A stretch of DNA of 64,000 nt, from assembly GCA_002104945.1 (NCBI GenBank), contig MCFH01000015.1, positions 847,806 through 911,805 on the forward strand. Reading direction: 5' to 3'. The first letter of the stretch is position 1. Each line of letters begins with the position of its first letter. The DNA is from Piromyces finnis finn (taxonomy: Eukaryota; Fungi; Neocallimastigomycota). The translations under genes and the position numbers were made by a program. The notes beneath the pieces were generated by a model. It did no database searches. It worked only from the letters and a program-made list of their open reading frames with translations, and was not told the origin of the DNA. This document shows, piece by piece, positions 1 through 11,102 of the stretch.

Positions 1-276
1 TAAAAATATAAAGTTTATTTAATTATAAAATTATCATTATTTAATAACTCTAGTATTATTAAATAAAAAAAATGTATGTTTTATATTCTAATTTTCAGGG
101 ATTATTAGTAACCCTTTTAAAAATAAGTTTTATTATAAAATCATTTTTGAATTTAATATTTAAAAGTATATATATCTAATTTTTCGCTCTGGATTATTAG
201 GAACATCTTTTAAAATAAAGTAATTCTATCACTATTTATACAAAATTATTATTTTAAAGTATAATTATAAACAAAT

Positions 277-1003
277 TGTAAAAGTTTTATAAATGTAAAA
301 CAGATTATAAAATTTTTTACAATAAAACAACAACACAAAATAAAGAAAAAACAAGAAAATAAATTATATTTAAAAAAATATCTCTTTTATTAATTTTATT
401 TAGTTATTAACTAAATAATAGTCAATAACAATTACATCGTTTTAATCAAGAAATTTTACATGCATTTATATTTTTCGTAAATTATATTTTAATATACTAT
501 TCTATTTAATTATACATATATTCAATATAAAATAAACAAAACTAATTTAATACTAATTTAATTAAATAATAAAATAATAAAACTAAACTAAAACTAATTA
601 AATACACTTTTGATTCAATTTGAGTAAACTGCAAATTGAATACAGTCCATGTATTACCTATATATTAATTAAATATTAATAATACTATTTATTATATATT
701 TATAATTAAAAATGCTAATTTAAAACTACGCTAAAGTTATTAAACTAATTTTAATTAAATAAAAACTTTTTAAGATTTAATTTGAATATTTAAAATATTT
801 AAATTTAATTATCCATTAATTTAAATATTTATCCAAATTTCATTTCTAACTTTGATATTTTAAAATTAATATTTATTTAATTATTCCATAAAATTTATAC
901 AATAAATTTTATAAACAATTTTTTCATTAAAATATCAAAATTATTATTCAATAATTATTAATTAATTATTAAATAATTTAAAGATATACTTTATATCTTT
1001 ACA
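277..1003 (-). repeat. 3' LTR of element A
   Basis: Direct repeat of 6431-7157; TGTAAA..TTTACA ends. Confidence 0.95.
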
Positions 1004-1034
1004 ATCTCGCCCTTTAAGTCGAGCTCCTGCGAGA

Positions 1035-4000
1035 TTATTTCTTTGAAGGAATATCAATTACAAATGGTTGATATCTATGTTTGATCATACCATTGTTATT
1101 CCTTGTATAGACTTGATCTTGACTTTCTTTTCTAGACTTTTTATTTTTTCTATAAAATTCTTGGATCAATTGTACATCTGTAATTTGATCTTCCGGGATC
1201 CAAGTATTTTCGTCAAGATTTTTCCATGTCATCAAGAAAGATTTCTTTCCATGATAATTTCTTTCTTGAATAATCTTATCAGGAATCCTATCAATAGTAT
1301 CAGTAGTTAACTTAACATTTTTTCTTTTATTCATTACTGATCTATTTACAAATTCATTTTCGTTATAAGGTTCCAATAACGAAACATGAAAAACAGGGTG
1401 GCAACGTAAATTGTTTGGTAGTTTTAATTCAAATGCTAAAGGGCTTACCTTCTTGATTATTTCAAAAGGTCCAAGCATTTGATCAGCAAGTTCTCTTTTG
1501 ATATTTTTATTTGAAGGATTAATACCTTTTAATAACCAAACTTTTTTACCAACTTCGAAATCTGGGGATTCCATTCTCTTTTGATCAGCATACTTTTTGT
1601 AGGTTTCTTTTGCTTGATCAAGATTTACTTTTAAAAATTTAATGTTTTCATTAATATCCAAAATTCTTTGTTCAGCTCTATTTGGTCTATTCGCTGAAGG
1701 GATTTCAGGGTTAAATTTTGGATTGAACCCATAATTAGCGAAAAACGGAGATTGGTTGATTGATTGCTGTAAAGTATTGTTATAAGCAAATTCAGCAAAA
1801 GGTAACAAGTCAACCCAATTATTCTGTTTTTCGTTAATAAAACAACGGAGATATTGTTCCAATATCCCGTTTACCCTCTCCGTTTGACCATCAGTTTCAG
1901 GATGGTTTGCAGTAGAAAAAGCAAGTTTAATATTTAACAAATTACATAAACGATTCCAAAAGTCTGAGGTAAATTGAGTACCTCGATCAGAAATGATGGA
2001 ATCAGGAAAACCATGTAATTTAAAGATATTGTTAACAAAAACATCAGCTGCTATAGAAGCAGTAGGCAAACATCTTAAAGGAATAAAATGAGCCATTTTT
2101 GTTAACCTATCAACTATAACCATAATGGTAGTCATGTCTTTGGATTTAGGAAGCTCGACAATAAAATCCATTGACAATTCCGACCAAGCTCTATTAGGTG
2201 TGGAAAGAGGAGAAAGCAAACCATATGGTTTATGTCTTGGAACTTTAGCTTTACAACAAGTTTCGCAAGACTTTATAAACTTTTTAACATCATAACTAAA
2301 CTTTGGCCACCAAAAATTTCTACTAATTAATTCAATAGTTTTATTAACACCAAAGTGACCAGCAGAAATAGAATCATGATGTAATTCTAAGACCCTAGTT
2401 CTTAGTGAAGAAGGAACATAAATTAAATTATCATAAAGTAAAAATCCTTCTTTATCAATTTTAACTTTATTAATATTCCTAATCGGAGGGGACGAAGAAT
2501 TTTTATCATTAAGAAATACACAAACTTTATTATATAAATCATCATTTTTTAAGGAACATAGAATAGAATTAATTAAAGAATCATCTTTATTAAAAGAATT
2601 AATTACATTACATGAAATAAAATTACAACTAAAATTACTACATTCAATATTTTCATTAATCCTATCATTATTATAAATATTACAGATATGATCACTACGT
2701 CTGGATAACAAATCAGGTTTACCAGACTTTTTTCCAGCTCTATAAATTAACTTAAAATCAAATCTTGATAAAAATTCATACCATCTTATCTGTCGTTGTG
2801 AGAGCATCTCAGGCTTTCTTGGAAAGGTTAAATTCTTATGATCAGTATAAATGATGAACTGATGCTTTGCACCTTCCAGATAATGCCTCCATTCTTCAAG
2901 AGCCACTTTGATAGCGAGCAACTCTTTATCATAAATTTGATAGTTCCTTTGAGACTTGGTTAAGCTAGATGAAATAAAAGCAATAGGGTGCAATTGCCCT
3001 TCAAATTCTTGTGAAAGAATTGCACCGACAGCAAAGTTACTAGCGTCAGTCTCAACAATAAAAGGTTTGTTGCTATCAGGGTTCATTAAGATAGGAGCTG
3101 AAGTAAAAGCCTTTTTAAGTGTAACAAATGCATTTTGACACTCAGAAACCCAATTAAAAGGAACATTTTTCCTAGTAAGTTTGTGTAGAGGACTAGCAAT
3201 TTTCGCAAAGTCTTTAATAAAAATTCTATAATAATTACATAATCCAATAAAGGATTGAACTTCTTTAACGTTTGTAGGAACAGGCCAGTCGAGGATAGCT
3301 TTAACTTTATCTCTATCCATTTTCAGACCATCTTTGGATAATACATAACCAAGGAAAGTGGTTTCTGAAACATCAAACTCACACTTCTCTAACTTAACAT
3401 ATAAATTATTTTCTAATAATTTTTTCAATACTTTTTTAACATGTTCATGATGTTCTTCTAGGCTATTTGAATATATTAGAATATCATCAATATATGATAT
3501 AGCAAAATCATCTAAATAATCACTAAGGACATCATTTATGAAATGTTGAAACGTAGCTGGTGCATTCTTTAAACCAAAAGGCATGACAAGATATTCAAAA
3601 TGCCCATATCTTGTTCTAAAGGCAGTTTTGTATTCATCACCCTCTTTGATTCTAACTAAATTATAAGCAGACTTTAAGTCCAACTTAGTAAAGTATTTTG
3701 CACCTTTCACTCTATCCAATAAGTCACCAATTAACGGAAGAGGATATGAATTTCTAATTGTCATGTCATTAAGTTTCCTATAATCAACGCAAAGTCTTAA
3801 TGACCCATCTTTCTTTTTGACAAATAAAACTGGTGCTCCGGCAGGAGATGAAGATTTCCTAATGAAACCTTTTTCTAAATTTTCATTGATATAATTTTTT
3901 AATTCATCTCTCTCTGCCTCAGTTAAAGGATAAAGAGGACCATAAAACAAGTTAGCATTATCCTTTAATCGGATTTCACAATCGTATTCACGATGTGGAG

Positions 4001-5894
4001 GTAAAATATTACAATTCTTTTCATTAAAAACCTCTTTAAATAATAAATATTGTTTTGGAATTTCAATAGATTTTTTATCTTTATTCAAATTATCACTTTC
4101 ACTTTTACATTTATTAATAATATTACAAAATAAATCATAACAGTTACTAACTGAATTTAATACACGAGAATTATTATTATTACACACGTTTTTTGAAAAT
4201 GAGTACTGTTTTGGTCCAGTGACCGAATTATTATCTTTATTTAAATTTTCATCAATACAATTAATGCTATTACATATACATTTAAAATTACAATTATTAT
4301 CATTATTTAAACTATTACTAAATTTAATTTTATTAAAACTATCTAGGTTACTAATGGTTTTGACGGAGGTTCTACGGCCTCTAATACTTAATGTTTCTTC
4401 ATCATCACTGGAGTCGCTATAAGAGTATTCATAATGATTGTATGAACCAAGTTCACTATAAGAGGATTGATCATCTTCATCATCTTGAATAACTTCTTTT
4501 CCTTTTCTTGATGATATTTTTTCTTTCTTGGTTTCCTTTGTGCTACTCTTGTTCTTTCTTCTTCCCACATTACAATGTCTGGCACAGTATGTAGAGTTAA
4601 ATGCAATTTTGGAAGAATCGTGGTAGTAAACAGGGCAATGTTTATCAATCCAAGGTACACCAAGAATTATATCAACTTCAGGAATTCTAAGTGCATATAA
4701 TTGAATGACTTCGTAATGATTTCTCAAACGAAGGATGCACTTTTCGGATTCCTTTTTCACGGTAGATGTACCTTGCCCTAAACCAGAAACCTTGAAAGAT
4801 TCAGCAATATTTGAAAGTTTAATATTATTGATTCGGGCGAACTCGGGGTGGATGAAATTAAGATCGGAACCAGAATCAATAAGTACCTTAGCTTTGACTT
4901 CATCAATATCATTGGTTTTGATATAAAAATCAATAATATTTTTCTTTTCACCTTTATGAATTTCGAATATGTTTGAAGTTCCCTTGGAATTAAGATTATC
5001 CTTTTTAATTTTCTTGATTGAAGGGCTAGCTTCGTCTTCTGAATAGCATCTCTTGATAATTTTTACATTTTTTGGTTTCTTTTTGTTTGGACAATTGAAT
5101 TGAAAGTGTCCAGACTTTCCACAAGTAAAGCAAACTCCATTCTTCTTAGCCTCAGTGCGATTTATTTTATTTTCGTCATAATTACTTCTATGAGGAGGGA
5201 AGTAATTAACCTTTCTTTGACCTAAACTGATCCTATATAAATCCACATCCATAGGATCATTTTGGTTATAATTTCTTCGGTCTTGATGCGTCATGTAATA
5301 TTCACTGATATCATTTCTCTTAGTAAGATTTTCAATACTAAGGACATCAGAATAAAGACGCTCTAATTGAGAGGGATTTGGATTCACTACAGCTAAATGT
5401 TCACGCATTTTCGGATGTAATCCCTTTGTGAACATGTATATTTTAGCTGCTTCATTAAAATTCGAATTTTGGCTAACGCGTTGGAATTCGTTAATGTATT
5501 CGAACACCTTGCCAAATTTTCTTTGTTTAATGTTGCAAAGTCTTCCATTTGCAACAATCGTATCATTATTCGGATCCCCGAAATTGGTACGAAGAGCAGC
5601 AATAAACCGATCATAGTTTCTTAGAACGGCGTCGTTATTTTGTCTTAAACGAGCGGCCCATTCTAAAGGTCTATTGACAAAGTAAGATATTAAGAATCGA
5701 ACTCTTGCCTCATCATTAACAAATCTATCAGGGTTGGCTTCAATGGCTAGTTCAACCCTGGTCAAGAACCCATCTAGTTCTTGTCTTCTTCCTGAAAAGG
5801 TTGGAGGATCATTAACTATCCTCAAAGACGCCCCTTGACGGTCCATATTTTCGTTTAAGTGGAGGTTAGATAAGAGTTGGTTGATTTCCTCCAA
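1035..5894 (-). CDS. Gag-Pol polyprotein of A (Gag, CCHC knuckle, protease, RT, RNase H, integrase, chromodomain-like C-terminus)
   Basis: CFTCGKSGHFQFNC; LIDSGS; LDLKSAY, YIDD; ETDAS; HDSISAGH..CETC, SDRG, QTER; C-terminal IPDKI..LMTW..TWIP. ORF opens at TTG; first ATG is 16 codons in. Confidence 0.96.
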   Translation of the reverse strand: MEEINQLLSNLHLNENMDRQGASLRIVNDPPTFSGRRQELDGFLTRVELAIEANPDRFVNDEARVRFLISYFVNRPLEWAARLRQNNDAVLRNYDRFIAALRTNFGDPNNDTIVANGRLCNIKQRKFGKVFEYINEFQRVSQNSNFNEAAKIYMFTKGLHPKMREHLAVVNPNPSQLERLYSDVLSIENLTKRNDISEYYMTHQDRRNYNQNDPMDVDLYRISLGQRKVNYFPPHRSNYDENKINRTEAKKNGVCFTCGKSGHFQFNCPNKKKPKNVKIIKRCYSEDEASPSIKKIKKDNLNSKGTSNIFEIHKGEKKNIIDFYIKTNDIDEVKAKVLIDSGSDLNFIHPEFARINNIKLSNIAESFKVSGLGQGTSTVKKESEKCILRLRNHYEVIQLYALRIPEVDIILGVPWIDKHCPVYYHDSSKIAFNSTYCARHCNVGRRKNKSSTKETKKEKISSRKGKEVIQDDEDDQSSYSELGSYNHYEYSYSDSSDDEETLSIRGRRTSVKTISNLDSFNKIKFSNSLNNDNNCNFKCICNSINCIDENLNKDNNSVTGPKQYSFSKNVCNNNNSRVLNSVSNCYDLFCNIINKCKSESDNLNKDKKSIEIPKQYLLFKEVFNEKNCNILPPHREYDCEIRLKDNANLFYGPLYPLTEAERDELKNYINENLEKGFIRKSSSPAGAPVLFVKKKDGSLRLCVDYRKLNDMTIRNSYPLPLIGDLLDRVKGAKYFTKLDLKSAYNLVRIKEGDEYKTAFRTRYGHFEYLVMPFGLKNAPATFQHFINDVLSDYLDDFAISYIDDILIYSNSLEEHHEHVKKVLKKLLENNLYVKLEKCEFDVSETTFLGYVLSKDGLKMDRDKVKAILDWPVPTNVKEVQSFIGLCNYYRIFIKDFAKIASPLHKLTRKNVPFNWVSECQNAFVTLKKAFTSAPILMNPDSNKPFIVETDASNFAVGAILSQEFEGQLHPIAFISSSLTKSQRNYQIYDKELLAIKVALEEWRHYLEGAKHQFIIYTDHKNLTFPRKPEMLSQRQIRWYEFLSRFDFKLIYRAGKKSGKPDLLSRRSDHICNIYNNDRINENIECSNFSCNFISCNVINSFNKDDSLINSILCSLKNDDLYNKVCVFLNDKNSSSPPIRNINKVKIDKEGFLLYDNLIYVPSSLRTRVLELHHDSISAGHFGVNKTIELISRNFWWPKFSYDVKKFIKSCETCCKAKVPRHKPYGLLSPLSTPNRAWSELSMDFIVELPKSKDMTTIMVIVDRLTKMAHFIPLRCLPTASIAADVFVNNIFKLHGFPDSIISDRGTQFTSDFWNRLCNLLNIKLAFSTANHPETDGQTERVNGILEQYLRCFINEKQNNWVDLLPFAEFAYNNTLQQSINQSPFFANYGFNPKFNPEIPSANRPNRAEQRILDINENIKFLKVNLDQAKETYKKYADQKRMESPDFEVGKKVWLLKGINPSNKNIKRELADQMLGPFEIIKKVSPLAFELKLPNNLRCHPVFHVSLLEPYNENEFVNRSVMNKRKNVKLTTDTIDRIPDKIIQERNYHGKKSFLMTWKNLDENTWIPEDQITDVQLIQEFYRKNKKSRKESQDQVYTRNNNGMIKHRYQPFVIDIPSKK

Positions 5895-6064
5895 TATGCT
5901 TAATATTTTACTTATTTAATTTTTTACAATATTTTAATTAAGATGTCGTCGTAACTCTATCCTATCAAACGGTGTTAGACGAGCTCTTAAAAATATAGTA
6001 ACAAAATTAAATACAGTAACCAAATAGTGTTGGAAGCTTGAATGATACTAAAATAATAATCTAA

Positions 6065-6345
6065 ACGCGGTAGATATTTCCTAAGACACGGTAGATCGCC
6101 TTTAAAACACAGTAGATATTCCTTTAGACGCGGTAGATATTTCCTAAGACACGGTAGATCGCCTTTAAAACACAGTAGATATTCCTTTAGACGCGGTAGA
6201 TATTTCCTAAGACACGGTAGATCGCCTTTAAAACACAGTAGATATTCTTTTAGACGAGGTAGATATTTCCTAAGACACGGTAGATCGCCTTTAAAACACA
6301 GTAGATATTCTTTTAGACGAGGTAGATATTTCCTAAGACACGGTA
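6065..6345. repeat. 63-bp higher-order tandem repeat (3 x 21-bp subunits, about 4.5 units) in the leader of A
   Basis: GACGCGGTAGATATTTCCTAA / GACACGGTAGATCGCCTTTAA / AACACAGTAGATATTCCTTTA repeated; period 63 (6065, 6128). Confidence 0.92.
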
Positions 6346-6419
6346 AGTAAGAAAAAAAATATTAAATATGTTTTATTAAAAAAAAAAAAATTTTATAACG
6401 TGTTTTATAAAAAAAAAAG

Positions 6420-6430
6420 GTAATTGTTAT
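6420..6430 (-). promoter_or_regulatory. Self-priming type primer-binding site of A
   Basis: Sense ATAACAATTAC directly after the 5' LTR; perfect complement inside the LTR at 6579-6589. Confidence 0.8.
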
Positions 6431-7157
6431 TGTAAAAGTTTTATAAATGTAAAACAGATTATAAAATTTTTTACAATAAAACAACAACACAAAATAAAGA
6501 AAAAACAAGAAAATAAATTATATTTAAAAAAATATCTCTTTTATTAATTTTATTTAGTTATTAACTAAATAATAGTCAATAACAATTACATCGTTTTAAT
6601 CAAGAAATTTTACATGCATTTATATTTTTCGTAAATTATATTTTAATATACTATTCTATTTAATTATACATATATTCAATATAAAATAAACAAAACTAAT
6701 TTAATACTAATTTAATTAAATAATAAAATAATAAAACTAAACTAAAACTAATTAAATACACTTTTGATTCAATTTGAGTAAACTGCAAATTGAATACAGT
6801 CCATGTATTACCTATATATTAATTAAATATTAATAATACTATTTATTATATATTTATAATTAAAAATGCTAATTTAAAACTACGCTAAAGTTATTAAACT
6901 AATTTTAATTAAATAAAAACTTTTTAAGATTTAATTTGAATATTTAAAATATTTAAATTTAATTATCCATTAATTTAAATATTTATCCAAATTTCATTTC
7001 TAACTTTGATATTTTAAAATTAATATTTATTTAATTATTCCATAAAATTTATACAATAAATTTTATAAACAATTTTTTCATTAAAATATCAAAATTATTA
7101 TTCAATAATTATTAATTAATTATTAAATAATTTAAAGATATACTTTATATCTTTACA
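6431..7157 (-). repeat. 5' LTR of element A
   Basis: Direct repeat of 277-1003. Confidence 0.95.
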
Positions 7158-7284
7158 CAAATATAAACTATTTAATTTAAAAATAAGTAAACAATTAAAT
7201 AAACAAAAAGTTTACATTTATAATTTTTAATTTAATAATTTTATACAAGTTAATTATTTTAATTTTTAACTATCTGTGTTTTAA

Positions 7285-7321
<37 letters not shown>
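7285..7321. repeat. (TAT)n microsatellite
   Basis: About 12 TAT units. Confidence 0.85.
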
Positions 7322-7324
<3 letters not shown>

Positions 7325-8341
7325 TCATAATTTATAAATTTAATTATTTATCAACAAACTGACACACGTTCAAGTATACCTTAATTCTAAATAAGCTTAG
7401 AAAGTGGTATATTTGGTATGTATTTGAATGACTTATTTTTACTTGCTCATTCTACAAGTTTATATAATTATTAAATATAATTTAAAGTTTTAAAAACACA
7501 TCTTGTTTTATAATATTAATTTATTTATTTAAAATAAATGTATAATACATCTCGCTATGTATTATAAAAAAAATATATTAATTTATTATAATTTTAAAAT
7601 ATTCTAATTTTCTTGGCTAATTAGTAACAATCTTTAAAAATAATATTTTCTATTTCTATTTATAATAAATAATTACATTTAAGTTTGTTTATAAACAAAA
7701 GTTGTTTATATTTTACATTTTTAAAATTTAATTAAACATTTATATTTTATATTATTTTGATTATTTACTATTATTTTAATTTATATTAAGTTTATATAAT
7801 TTTAAAATCAGCTATTCTATTAATTCATTATTTATAAATTTCATTCTTTATCAAAACTAATGTAAAAGGTTTTTTATATTATTAGTTAATAAGTTATAAA
7901 TTAGTTAATTAAGTTAGTTATTACCTCTCTATACGAGTTAATAACTAAATAAAGTTTTATAAAAAATAATAAAAGAAAGAAAATAAATATTATAACACTA
8001 AAATAAATATAAACACTGATATAAATATTTTATGAAATAATTCTTACTTAAATAATTATTTTTAATTATATCTTTTATTTATTTATTATAATTATCATAC
8101 ATTAATTATTATTATAGTTATTAATTTACTTTAATACTAACGCTAAAGTATTTAACGTTAGTTTAAACTATACTATTTAACTATATTAGTTTATTTTTTT
8201 TACCACTTGATTGGGTAAAGCAAATAAACTTCCTATTTAATTAATAACCATTAATATATGGTTATGCACATATCTGGCCAATAAATGGTGACCAGAATAT
8301 ATGGTTTCAATTGAAATATTTGTGGGCAAACTTATGGCCAC

Positions 8342-9151
8342 TGTAAAATAAACTATACTACAGTTCAGGTTTGTATACACTAAATTAAACTAACACAAAC
8401 TATGTTTTATTTTTAATAATACTTTTATTTATTTTAAACTATATTAACAACCGTTGATTACTTTACCGTGAAGGTTATTTTACCAGAGCCCTTACTAGGT
8501 AATCAATTTATTTTTATTTAAAACTAAAATTATTAATCTAAACTATAAACTAATGTTAATTTATACTAAATTAACCTATACGATTTTCCAACTATCGTTT
8601 CAATAGTTGAAAATTTTTCTTTATTTATACTTTTTAAATAAATTGAATAAATTCTAATATACATGTTTTAATATTATAATTTTACATTGTTTACATTTAT
8701 ACATTTATTAAAAGAAATTATTTGTATTAAACTATTTAAATTCAATTTATTTACTAAAGAATTTTCTAAACTTAAAATAAAGTTTTGATTTATTTACTAT
8801 ATGGTTGATTATATTTCAAACATATATTCAATTTATTTATTTCTAATTTTGAGGCTTAGTTTATAAAAAAATTTTTTTATTATCTAAAATATTTATTGGT
8901 TAAAAATTATTTAATTTAAAATTTTATTTTATCATCAAAAACTTTATCTTATCATAAAATTAAATTTTACATAAATTTATGTTAATGTATTGTGATATAA
9001 ATTTTTGTAATTAAAGAATAAAATTTACATAAATTTATGTTAACGTATTGTGATATAAATTTTGTAAAAATTTACGGTACATTAATTTAATACATTATAC
9101 ATTATTTTAAATATGTATTAATACATTGTTCTATTAATACAATATTTTACA
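8342..9151. mobile_element. Solo LTR, C family
   Basis: TGTAAAATA..TATTTTACA; TSD GCCAC (8337-8341, 9152-9156); homologous to 36262-37079. Confidence 0.92.
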
Positions 9152-9199
9152 GCCACAAATATTTCTTACATGGTACAACCTGTTTGTTTTGTTTGTACC

Positions 9200-9479
9200 T
9201 TTATATGGATCAATACAACTAGAATGAATAAAACAATTATTATATTATAATGAAATAACACAACAATAAAAATGATTTTTATATTTTATGTATTATTGTA
9301 TATATTCTTTTTATTTATCTTTGATCAATAATGTACTATTTATATGGATCAATACAACTAGAATGAATAAAACAATTATTATATTATAATGAAATAACAC
9401 AACAATAAAAATGATTTTTATATTTTATGTATTATTGTATATATTCTTTTTATTTATCTTTGATCAATAATGTACTATT
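9200..9479. repeat. 139-bp tandem duplication
   Basis: TTTATATGGATCAATACAACTAG..GTACTAT at 9200 and again at 9339. Confidence 0.9.
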
Positions 9480-9920
9480 AATGATTTAAACTCTTATAAT
9501 AGAAATAAATAAGTATAATTCACTAGATTATAATCTGAATATCACTATTAATTCCTACTTAAATCTAATAATAATATTATTTATCTATCTAGTATTATCA
9601 CTTATGCCTATTTTCTTATTATTATTTCTTATTATCTTTTATATCGTTTCTTCTCTTTTAATATTTATTAATTCTCTTTTATTAAATACTCTTTGTTGTA
9701 ATTAAGGTTTTTAGTCTTTTTTAATTAATTTTATTTATAATTTTTATTTTAGTTATTGCTATAAGTGTTATTAATTAAATCAATAATTGTTAGCTTATAA
9801 ATTTATATATTAAATTTTTATTAAACCTAAAATACTTAAAGTAGAATTATTATTAGTAAAATTAAAGGTTAAATAGGAATTCCTATGCTCTTACATTTTT
9901 CTGAATCAGTCGTACCATAC

Positions 9921-10418
9921 TGTAAGAAACATAGATAAATTCTATATAATTTACCTATTTTCTTATTAATTAATATTTATTATAATGTTTATTATTATTT
10001 ATTGTTTAATACATTAATTTAACACATTATTTAATACACTATTTAATACATAATTTGATACATTAATTAAATACATTAATTAAATACATTGTTTTATTAC
10101 ATTAATTTAGTTGTATCATTTTAACCAATCCATGTATAATGTATTAAATTACTATAAAAGAATAATCTTGATTCTCTTGAGAAATCAAGAGTTATTATTA
10201 TATAAATTTATTAATAAATAAAGTATTAATTATTTTTAAAAAATAATGTTTATTTAACGTGTGTTTTTAAGTGTTAATATTTAATATTTTGTTTATTAGT
10301 ATTTTTATATAAAACTCGACATTAATGTTTTTATTTTCTTTCTCAAATTAGTAATATTTAATTATTATTAATTTGTAGAAGAAGTTATTTATAATTTATT
10401 TATAAGTAACTTCTTACA
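9921..10418. mobile_element. Solo LTR, I/J family
   Basis: TGTAAGAA..TTCTTACA ends; TSD CATAC; shares TGAGAAATCAAGAGTTATTAT with the inverted copy at 28807-29574. Confidence 0.8.
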
Positions 10419-10428
10419 CATACAACTA

Positions 10429-11021
10429 TGTCACAATAACATATATAAAAATTTAAAAAATTTGGACACATGAAAAAAATTAAAAATTTTTTTAAAATTT
10501 GAAAATTTGAAAATTTGAAAAAATTTCAAATTATAAAATTTCTAATATTCGAAATTATTAAATTTTTTTTAATAATTATTAAAATTTTATTATAAAAAAT
10601 TTTTATTTTTAAATTTATTAACTATTTACAATAATTATTAATTATTAATTTATAAAAATTAAATATTTTATAATTAGATAATAATTAATTAAAATTAAAA
10701 AATGTAATAATTAAAATTGTTCATGTATAAAAAGAACAAAAATTGACAAAAATTACGAAGTTTTAGCATTAGTAATTTTTAACTTAAAGTTAATAAAATT
10801 TATAAACTCCTATAAAACCTAAAACTTTAAAAATTTTAATATTTTTAATAACTTAATATATGCTGATATTAAGTTATTGCTAAAATAAAAATATTATTTA
10901 ATTTTCTTTATATAAATATTATTAGCTTTACGCCTTCAATAGGAAAGCGTATTATATTTGTTAATTAATATAACTAGTGTGCTTACCACACTTTTCTTTA
11001 ATAAAAAATCGCTTTTTGACA
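10429..11021 (+). repeat. 5' LTR of B
   Basis: Direct repeat of 28185-28805; an inverted copy lies at 35658-36261. Confidence 0.92.
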
Positions 11022-11102
11022 TTACTAACGCTTATTATAAAAGTGCGCTAAGCACCAATTAGTTAGTAATTATTAATAACTAAATATAATAATTAAAGTT
11101 TA

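Larger units (their letters stand above)
277..7157 (-). mobile_element. Element A: full-length Ty3/gypsy (chromovirus-like) LTR retrotransposon
   Basis: 727-bp TG..CA LTRs at 277-1003 and 6431-7157, identical as far as I could read. 5-bp TSD CAAAT (272-276, 7158-7162). PPT-like AAAGGGCGAGAT beside the 3' LTR. Single gag-pol ORF. Confidence 0.97.

Noticed and set aside
6065-6345. CRISPR-like array (also 20942-21045 and 47943-48065)
   Set aside because: Units repeat head-to-tail without unique spacers, lie inside retroelements, and no cas genes are present.
8314-9164. 12-bp inverted repeat AAATATTTGTGG/CCACAAATATTT split by the solo LTR, as a Helitron end
   Set aside because: No CTRR terminus or other Helitron feature follows; noted only as a pre-insertion hairpin.
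9165-9185. TTCTTACA followed by TGGTACAACC as an LTR end plus tRNA PBS
   Set aside because: No partner LTR, TSD or internal ORF found, and I cannot match a tRNA.
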